Source of the DNA: Pyrobaculum calidifontis JCM 11548
Lineage (GTDB): Archaea > Thermoproteota > Thermoprotei > Thermoproteales > Thermoproteaceae
Direction of reading: 5' to 3'
Length of the DNA stretch: 32,000 nt
NCBI RefSeq assembly: GCF_000015805.1
Contig: NC_009073.1
Span: 300,001 to 332,000, forward strand
Part shown: positions 24,651 through 30,447 of the stretch, one piece after another
How positions within the stretch are numbered: position 1 is the first letter of the stretch
Layout: every line of letters starts with the position of its first letter
Made by a program: the position numbers and the translations under genes
The notes under the pieces: generated by a model
The model's input: the letters and a program-made list of their open reading frames with translations, nothing else
Told to the model about the DNA's origin: nothing
Databases searched by the model: none

Positions 24651-25385
24651 TTATGTCCTGCTGAAGAGGAGAGCGCCGGTGGAGAACAAGTAGTAGGCCC
24701 CCACTGCGAAGACATAGCCAACAAACATTTTTCTAACGTGTTGCGACTTCAGCCTCGGCATTATGTACCTACTGGCGACGAAGGCGCCGATGAAGCTACC
24801 CAAGGCAACGGCCACCCCCAGCACCACATCCAACACGCCGAGAGAGGCATACATGAGAGTGGACGCAACCGCAGTAGGCAGAATAATGCCCATGCTAGAC
24901 GCCGCGGCCGCCTTGGCGTCGAAGCCCATAGCCAAGACTAAAGCCGGCACAAACACAGTCCCTCCCCCGACCCCGAACAAGGCAGAGGCAAGCCCACCAG
25001 CGAAAATGAGCAAGTAGCCGAGGACAGGGGCCCTCCTCCTCGGCCTAGCCTCGACAAGCAGAACCACCCCCACCACGATTAGGTAGACGCCATAAGCCAG
25101 CTTCACCCACTCCCCCGAATATTTGACAGACGCCAAAGCGCTTAAAACTGCGGCAGACGCCGAGAGGGCCATGTACCTCCACAACAGGCGGAAATTCAAC
25201 AGCCCACGGTAGTTAAAAATGGAAGTCAAAGACGTCACTACAATAGAGAATAGGCTAGCCGCCACCGCCGACTGGAAGGAGGCTCCAGAAAAGTTCAACA
25301 AAGGCACAATCACGACGCCGCCGCCAACTCCAATAAGGGGACCCAGAAGGCCCCCCAAGAGGCCTGCCAGAAAGGGAACAAACAT
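24651..25385 (-). CDS. TauE/SafE (TSUP) family anion permease
   Basis: Duplicated GVGGG(V/T)V(I/F)VP(L/A)L motifs. ATG 25385 (MFVPFLAGLLGG...) is preferred because TTTTTATAGG (minus strand of about 25404-25413) sits about 25 nt upstream of it. The 35-aa track extension is the antisense of an AT-rich intergenic region. Confidence 0.85.
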   Translation of the reverse strand: MFVPFLAGLLGGLLGPLIGVGGGVVIVPLLNFSGASFQSAVAASLFSIVVTSLTSIFNYRGLLNFRLLWRYMALSASAAVLSALASVKYSGEWVKLAYGVYLIVVGVVLLVEARPRRRAPVLGYLLIFAGGLASALFGVGGGTVFVPALVLAMGFDAKAAAASSMGIILPTAVASTLMYASLGVLDVVLGVAVALGSFIGAFVASRYIMPRLKSQHVRKMFVGYVFAVGAYYLFSTGALLFSRT

Positions 25386-25412
25386 AAAAGCCCCACAAGC
25401 ATACCTATAAAA

Positions 25413-25460
25413 ATGATGAAACCCCGATAGCCAGAAAATGAAGAAAATCGCATGGACTGA
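25413..25460 (+). ncRNA. candidate C/D box sRNA (2'-O-methylation guide)
   Basis: AUGAUGA (C box, 25413-19), 12 nt, CAGA (D', 25432-35), 3 nt, UGAAGA (C', 25439-44), 12 nt, CUGA (D, 25457-60). The 12-nt guide spacing is the canonical archaeal geometry. ACATAAAAG box about 25 nt upstream. It lies in the TauE/Sec61beta intergenic region. Confidence 0.55.
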
Positions 25461-25490
25461 AAAAATAAAAACCCACCCCCAGTAAGCCAC

Positions 25491-25667
25491 ATGGCCAGGA
25501 GGAGGAAATACGAAGGCCTAAACCCCTTCGTAGCCGCAGGCCTCATAAAATTCAGCGAAGAGGGGGAACTTGAGAAAATAAAGCTGTCCCCAAAAGCCGC
25601 CATTGCCATATCCCTGGCAATAATCGCCGCCATCCTCGCACTAAACTTACTACTACCGCCACCATAG
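25491..25667 (+). CDS. secG: preprotein translocase subunit Sec61beta (archaeal SecG), 58 aa
   Basis: Below the 60-aa cut-off of the ORF track. Manual translation gives MARRRKYEGLNPFVAAGLIKFSEEGELEKIKLSPKAAIAISLAIIAAILALNLLLPPP. It has a basic N-terminus, an AGL(I/R)(K/R)F motif and a single C-terminal TM helix. AAAATAAAAA box about 24 nt upstream. Confidence 0.7.
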   Translation: MARRRKYEGLNPFVAAGLIKFSEEGELEKIKLSPKAAIAISLAIIAAILALNLLLPPP

Positions 25668-26145
25668 TCATCCTAGCGCCCCCGCGAGAAGACCCAGCAA
25701 CTCCTCCTAACCAGCAACATCAATCAAAAATCGTTAACGGCCCTGCCTAAAACAGATTTGGCATCGATCTTCGCCCACTAGCGGCGCCCCTCTTTGAGTC
25801 GCTAATCCAAGTGCCCCATCGGCTTTCCGCACTTAAGCACTAGCTACGAGGTGATCCTTCTCTCGCTACTTCTATGTTTTGCTCTTGTGAGACACGTCGT
25901 GGGAAACGGCGCTGTTGAGCGTATTCTCTACCAAAGCGTTATGAAATCGAGAGCGTTAGGTAGAGACCAGCGACTCTGCGTTTTAAAGGAGACGGGGCGT
26001 GCCCTTGGATTCGGGGCCCAAGGCGGTACCAGACGTTCAAATGAGTTATTGCGACTATGTTGTGCAGAGACGCTTGAACCGCATGTGGAGAGGCTACGAG
26101 AAGTACGTCCTATTTCAATGAAGGCGCTATGGCCAACGCCCTGTT

Positions 26146-26156
26146 AAAATTTAAAA
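26146..26156 (+). promoter_or_regulatory. TATA box of tRNA-Leu
   Basis: AAAATTTAAAA is centred about 27 nt upstream of tRNA position 1. Confidence 0.55.
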
Positions 26157-26177
26157 CCCCGTGTGTATTCACTATCG

Positions 26178-26262
26178 GCGGGGGTGCCCGAGCCAGGTCA
26201 AAGGGGCAGGGTTCAGGTCCCTGTGGCGCAGGCCTGCGTGGGTTCAAATCCCACCCCCCGCA
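26178..26262 (+). tRNA. tRNA-Leu(CAG), intron-less, long variable arm
   Basis: GCGGGGG-TG-CCCG...GGG-G-CAGGG-UU CAG GU-CCCTG-[15-nt variable arm]-GTGGG-TTCAAAT-CCCAC-CCCCCGC-A. 85 nt. CCA is not encoded. Confidence 0.95.
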
Positions 26263-26263
26263 T
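26235..26263 (+). repeat. attL-like copy of a 29-bp direct repeat (3' end of tRNA-Leu)
   Basis: TGCGTGGGTTCAAATCCCACCCCCCGCAT is identical to 28717-28745. Confidence 0.9.
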
Positions 26264-26318
26264 GCCACATTAACTCTGATCTTCTCAGAGACCCCAGACA
26301 GACTTAGCGTATATTATC

Positions 26319-28316
26319 CTACATTCGCGTTGAGCAACATTCTTGGGGAGCAACGGCAAAGTGAAGCGAGCGGTGTAAGAGTGCGAAAAGAGCGGGGGCT
26401 ATTTCACGGATTGTTTCCACCGACCTTCGCTCGTGAATTCTTACCTCCCTCTTCTTGTGTAGTACTGTGACTCTTATCCCCACTGCCCTTAGCTTGGCTA
26501 CTATTTCCTCTACTTTGGACTTGTCGTACGGTATCACTCTGATATATACACGTCCACGGTCTTTTGCCATGACGATCCTCGCCATTTTGGCCATCTCCTC
26601 AAGTACACGTTTAATAGTTTCAACATCAGCTGTGGACATCACTGGCTTCACCTCTTTTATGGCGTCTTTCTCTGCGTCGTTTAACAAACGCACGACGAAG
26701 CCTAGCCTTGCCAACTCCTCAAGCTGAGTGTAGGAGAGCAACAACAAGTTCCTCTTAAACCTCGCCTTCAGCCCCAGTCTGTTTACAGCATCGTACAGCT
26801 TTACTCCTTTACCTTTCCCGATTGCAAACTCACCGCCGCCGTTATGCGTAAGCATGTATGTAGTGTCGTTGAGCTCCACCACGGCGGCCGCCGGGTAGTT
26901 CGCCAGCGTTTCAAACAGCCTGACAGTCTTCTCAAACGCTGGCGTAGGCGGCGTCGGCAAGAGCAGGCGCATGTGCCAACTCTGGAACTTCACCTCTTTG
27001 CCGACCGCCGTGCCACCAATTGCGTTAGCCAGGTCTTTTACAAGCGTTGTCTCTCCCTCCAACGTCGCTCTTAGCACCGACTTAGCAACCACTCTGAGCT
27101 CTACCGGCGTAATATACCCGTCGCCGATGACTAACATGTCGACCACATTGCTAAAGGCAATCCACGCCCCCACATCGTTGACGACATACATCTTGCCATA
27201 GCGCTTGAAGGTCTCCTCCCTAAGCGCCTTCAACGCGGCATAGCCACGGACGAGCACTTCCTCAGTCTTACCCAGCTTTATCCCGAACCATTCGTACGCG
27301 GCTTGGATGGCCTCCGCCGTTGTGTCAATAGGCCGTGCATCGACTGTGGGGTTTTCACATCCCCCGCTCTTAGTCACTTTGCGAATTGCCAGCTTAAACG
27401 CCAGCGGCGCCTTCGGCGCAATCCCCCTTACCACCGCGTACTCGGCCAGGGCAATCCAGTCGAATAGCCTCACCGCGACTTGTCCGAAGTTGCCAGCGGC
27501 ATGCCTAATCTCCCGCCTCCAGTCATCACTCAACAGCCAGCCCAAGTTCCTAAACAGCACCACTGGTCCCTTGTCTCTCCCACCGAGTAGTCTCGACACA
27601 AGCTTTGGCAACGGCACCTCTAGCCAAAGCCGCTTGTACTCCTCGTCTACGTCATAGGCCTCAACTGGTATCCCAGCTTGCTTGGCCTCCCATGCTACCT
27701 CCTTCAACTTATGTCCTCTCAACTCATCGCCAATTGGCACGTTGTCGTAGTATACATACAGTCTCTTCTCCCACAGCGCTATTGTGGCATACACCGGCCT
27801 TTCGAGGTACAGTGTCACGATCTTGCGGTTTGGGTTTAACTTGTCCGGCCTCGACACTCCCACTCTATAGCTGCCCCTCAGCCCCGCAAGCCCCAGCCCC
27901 CTAAACTTCTCCTCTACCACGGCCAGCGTCCTGATGAGCTTGCCACAAAGCGGCGCCGTGTCCTCAATGTACTGCCACATCAGCCGTATATCGGCTTCGG
28001 CGTAGCCGCACGCGCGGCCGGGGAGGCGGCACTTTCCACTCCTAAACCTTGCCAACTCGACATAGCGCCTGTACCCCTCCAGCTGGCGTTGACACTCCAT
28101 TTCCCATATTCCTGGTTCACTTTTGCAAGCCATGCCCCGTCCAACACACCCCCCATGTTGAACAAACAAAGGTACAATCCATGCATGGAGGGTCTCTCTC
28201 CACAGCTCCTTCAAAGTTCGTAACCCTGTCTCAATAGCCGAGCTCCTAGGCGGCTCTTGGCCGCATAGACATTTTTCTGGCTTAGTGGCGAGACGTGGCG
28301 GAGGCCTAAGCGCCAT
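26319..28316 (-). CDS. 665-aa protein of unknown function. It has a Cys-rich N-terminus and may belong to a lineage-specific repeated (PaREP2-like) family, which is unverified.
   Basis: Long uninterrupted ORF. There are 9 Cys in the first 125 aa (CLCG, GGCVGRGMAC, MECQ, GKCRLPGRACG, PLCG). No Walker A motif and no tyrosine/serine recombinase motif that I can recognise. It has two LAGLIDADG-like strings (see findings). Confidence 0.85.
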   Translation of the reverse strand: MALRPPPRLATKPEKCLCGQEPPRSSAIETGLRTLKELWRETLHAWIVPLFVQHGGCVGRGMACKSEPGIWEMECQRQLEGYRRYVELARFRSGKCRLPGRACGYAEADIRLMWQYIEDTAPLCGKLIRTLAVVEEKFRGLGLAGLRGSYRVGVSRPDKLNPNRKIVTLYLERPVYATIALWEKRLYVYYDNVPIGDELRGHKLKEVAWEAKQAGIPVEAYDVDEEYKRLWLEVPLPKLVSRLLGGRDKGPVVLFRNLGWLLSDDWRREIRHAAGNFGQVAVRLFDWIALAEYAVVRGIAPKAPLAFKLAIRKVTKSGGCENPTVDARPIDTTAEAIQAAYEWFGIKLGKTEEVLVRGYAALKALREETFKRYGKMYVVNDVGAWIAFSNVVDMLVIGDGYITPVELRVVAKSVLRATLEGETTLVKDLANAIGGTAVGKEVKFQSWHMRLLLPTPPTPAFEKTVRLFETLANYPAAAVVELNDTTYMLTHNGGGEFAIGKGKGVKLYDAVNRLGLKARFKRNLLLLSYTQLEELARLGFVVRLLNDAEKDAIKEVKPVMSTADVETIKRVLEEMAKMARIVMAKDRGRVYIRVIPYDKSKVEEIVAKLRAVGIRVTVLHKKREVRIHERRSVETIREIAPALFALLHRSLHFAVAPQECCSTRM

Positions 28317-28339
28317 GCGGCGAGCTCTTTATCCCTGCC

Positions 28340-28495
28340 GCTTTGTGCCTACCCGTGTTCTGGGTAGGCCGACGAATTTTAGCCGACTCCCCTCGGCAGA
28401 GAGGCGCTTTACTCACCCGTGTCACGGGTAGGTAGGGCACAACTTCGCCGTTGAAAAACGGCACCACAAGGCGGCCTTACCCGGAGCTAGGTAGG
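28340..28495. repeat. three imperfect repeat units with 64-bp period (yyACCCGkG-N4-7-GGTAGG), interleaved with hairpins
   Basis: The ACCCG cores are at 28351, 28415 and 28479. GGTAGG occurs at 28363, 28427 and 28490. Hairpins are GCCTACCC/GGGTAGGC (28347-28369), GCCGA/TCGGC (28382-28397), ACCCGTG-t-CACGGGT (28415-28429) and GCCGTT-gaaa-AACGGC (28447-28462). Confidence 0.7.
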
Positions 28496-28716
28496 CATTT
28501 TGTTCAATTTAAATAGGTTGGGCCGTGGACCTCACCGTCGGTGCGGCTGTGCCGGGGTGCTGGGGCTTTACGCAACGTAGAGGATTGCTTTGGTGTTCGT
28601 GGGCCAGAGACGCTTAGGCCTTGCCGAAACAGTGATGGCTGCTGACTTCCATTCCTTCGCCGACCTCGGTTGTGACGACCGCCTCGTAGAGATGTTCAAG
28701 GCGGATGTGGAGGAGT

Positions 28717-28745
28717 TGCGTGGGTTCAAATCCCACCCCCCGCAT
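28717..28745 (+). repeat. attR-like copy of the 29-bp direct repeat (displaced tRNA-Leu 3' fragment)
   Basis: Identical to 26235-26263. There is no tRNA 5' half upstream of it. Confidence 0.9.
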
Positions 28746-28794
28746 ACTCCTCTGCATGTGAGAGAAGTATATATGCTGGTCCTCCTATTTTCGC

Positions 28795-29931
28795 GTGTTA
28801 TTAAGGGTTGAGAATTTCAAGAGCATTGGGCACATGGATTTACGCCTAGCCTCACTCACTATTCTCATTGGGCCTCCTGGCGGCGGAAAGTCCAACATCT
28901 TAGACGCGGCGGCGTTAGTGGGCTATTTCGCCAGATTTCTACGCGACGAGTACGATGTACAGACCTCCGCGTACGAGCCGTTGCCTATTTTGGCCAGGTT
29001 TTCTGCCCCGCAACAGCTGTTTACCTACGGCGATATTACGAAAAGGGTCTTTATAGAGCTGGCCCCAGAGCCAGGGAAAGGAGCGGCGTTGGAGCTACAG
29101 TACAGCGGCGGTAGCCCTAAAGCCGTCTTCAACGGCGTCTCTGTGCCTTGGGACCTCATATTGGCTCGTCTTCCTATTCTAATGGCTCTCAACTTTTCGT
29201 CTTTTTTGTCGGCGTTGCGGCGTGCTGCAAATAATGAGCCGCTTATGGAGGCTAGGCTGTACGGCTACGATAGGTATGGCTTGTCCTCTCCTCACTGCGA
29301 AACCCGTCTGTCCTGCGGATTTGTGGCTAGGCTGAGGGGTCAGCAGTCTGTGCCTTATCCCAAGAACGTGTTGAGTGAGCTTGGGTGGAACGCCATGGCG
29401 TTGGCTAAGTCTGTGCGTGACGTGGTGGTTGAGCTAAATGCAACGTTGGAGGAGCTGGAAGTCGGCGTCGAGGTGAAGTTTCTACAGTCTGGGGCCGTGG
29501 TGGTCTTTGACCGGGATTACGAGGTGGAGTCCTCCTCTGTGTCAGACGCTGTGTTTAGGACGCTGTACTACTTAATGGCGGTGAGGACCTCCATGAACTA
29601 TGTAAAGCTCTACGGGCTGGAGGGGAGGTACGTCGTACTCCTCGAGGAGCCTGAGGCGCACGTATTCCCCTACTTCCTCTCCCTCTTGGCCAACTACTTG
29701 GCCCGGGCGGCGGAGCACATGTACGTAGTCGTTACTACTCACAACCCGCTCTTTGTCTCAATGCTGTGGGACAGAGTGAAGGAGCTGAAGACTTACTACG
29801 TGGCCAGGGATAGGGAGGGGCTGACGCGGGCGTGGGAAGTGGACGTCGGAAAGCTCGCCAGAGACCTTGCCACAGCCGAAGATCTGCTCTATATGCCGCC
29901 GCGGGAGGTTGTCGCTAAATATTCTACGTGA
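28795..29931 (+). CDS. ABC/SMC-type AAA ATPase (AAA_15/AAA_21-like, OLD/AbiLi/AriA-like N-terminal architecture)
   Basis: MLLRVENFKSIGHMDLRLASLTILIGPPGGGKSNILDA carries the Walker A motif. YVVLLEEPEAHVFP is a Walker B / D-loop-like motif, and VVTTHNP is an H-loop-like motif. GTG start about 24 nt downstream of TATATAT (28768-28774). Confidence 0.85.
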   Translation: MLLRVENFKSIGHMDLRLASLTILIGPPGGGKSNILDAAALVGYFARFLRDEYDVQTSAYEPLPILARFSAPQQLFTYGDITKRVFIELAPEPGKGAALELQYSGGSPKAVFNGVSVPWDLILARLPILMALNFSSFLSALRRAANNEPLMEARLYGYDRYGLSSPHCETRLSCGFVARLRGQQSVPYPKNVLSELGWNAMALAKSVRDVVVELNATLEELEVGVEVKFLQSGAVVVFDRDYEVESSSVSDAVFRTLYYLMAVRTSMNYVKLYGLEGRYVVLLEEPEAHVFPYFLSLLANYLARAAEHMYVVVTTHNPLFVSMLWDRVKELKTYYVARDREGLTRAWEVDVGKLARDLATAEDLLYMPPREVVAKYST

Positions 29932-29933
29932 GA

Positions 29934-30422
29934 ATGGAGTTGACCGTGGTTCCGGAGTGTTATGCTAACGCATGTTTTGCGCAGAAGCTGGTGGACATAC
30001 TACGCGCGGCTCACGGTGTAAACCCCAGAGTAATTCACCGTCGAGTGAGTGGACGCGATAGGATACTAAACATCCTCAAGCAACTTCCGCAGGACAATGT
30101 CCTCGTCATAATTGATTATGAGGTAGGGCCGGCTAGGAAGTACATAGATGAGAACTTTGACCTGGAGAGAGTTGTAGAAGGGATTTATGTGGGCGTTTTT
30201 AGACGTTCGCAGAGCGTGGTAGCTGTGGTGTTTGACCCCAGGATTGAGGAGGCGTTTATTTGCAGATATTTGAGAGAAAGGTGCAACGATGTAAATTGGG
30301 TAAGGAGGGTAAAAAGCGGCGAGGCCTGCATCGCTCTGGTGGAGCTATTTAATGGAGAAGCCGTGGCCGCCCTTCTGCGGAAAGTCGGCACGGCGATTGT
30401 GGAGAGGTTGGGGGGTAACTAA
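29934..30422 (+). CDS. small partner protein (about 162 aa) with strand-end acidic residues. It is a possible Toprim/PIN-like nuclease fold of unknown family.
   Basis: It starts 3 nt after the ATPase stop, or at GTG 29928 with a GTGA overlap. The pattern is TVVPE(7)...VLVIIDYE...VAVVFDPRIEE, i.e. hydrophobic strands ending in E / DxE / D. This resembles Toprim-like partners of such ATPases. No confident family call. Confidence 0.65.
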   Translation: MELTVVPECYANACFAQKLVDILRAAHGVNPRVIHRRVSGRDRILNILKQLPQDNVLVIIDYEVGPARKYIDENFDLERVVEGIYVGVFRRSQSVVAVVFDPRIEEAFICRYLRERCNDVNWVRRVKSGEACIALVELFNGEAVAALLRKVGTAIVERLGGN

Positions 30423-30447
30423 TATATTTTGGGCGTTGCTCTCCGCC

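Larger units (their letters stand above)
26264..28716. mobile_element. 2.45-kb insertion in the 3' end of tRNA-Leu (integrated-element remnant or novel single-gene element)
   Basis: It is bounded by the perfect 29-bp direct repeat, which is the standard signature of site-specific integration into a tRNA gene. It contains only the 665-aa ORF and a ~400-bp repeat-rich non-coding region. Confidence 0.75.

Noticed and set aside
25386-25633. 5' extension of the TauE ORF (to 25490) and the 107-aa minus ORF 25310-25633
   Set aside because: The extension is the hydrophobic translation of an AT-rich intergenic region. A TATA box is correctly spaced for ATG 25385, and the region is better explained by the C/D box candidate and the plus-strand Sec61beta gene.
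26129-26470. 113-aa ORF and the 73-aa ORF at 28590-28811, both containing LRGFKSHPPH
   Set aside because: The shared peptide is simply the translation of the tRNA-Leu T-arm/acceptor repeat. Both ORFs read through a tRNA or att sequence and are spurious.
26235-28811. Possible split SSV-type integrase reconstituted across the att sites
   Set aside because: Joining the frame upstream of attR to the frame downstream of attL gives only about 120 aa with no recombinase motifs. The 665-aa ORF stops 56 nt short of attL.
30352-30447. N-terminal 32-aa extension of the wHTH membrane protein ORF
   Set aside because: It overlaps the end of the upstream gene and contains the TATA-like box AATATATTTT. ATG 30448 gives a typical signal-like N-terminus with leaderless spacing.
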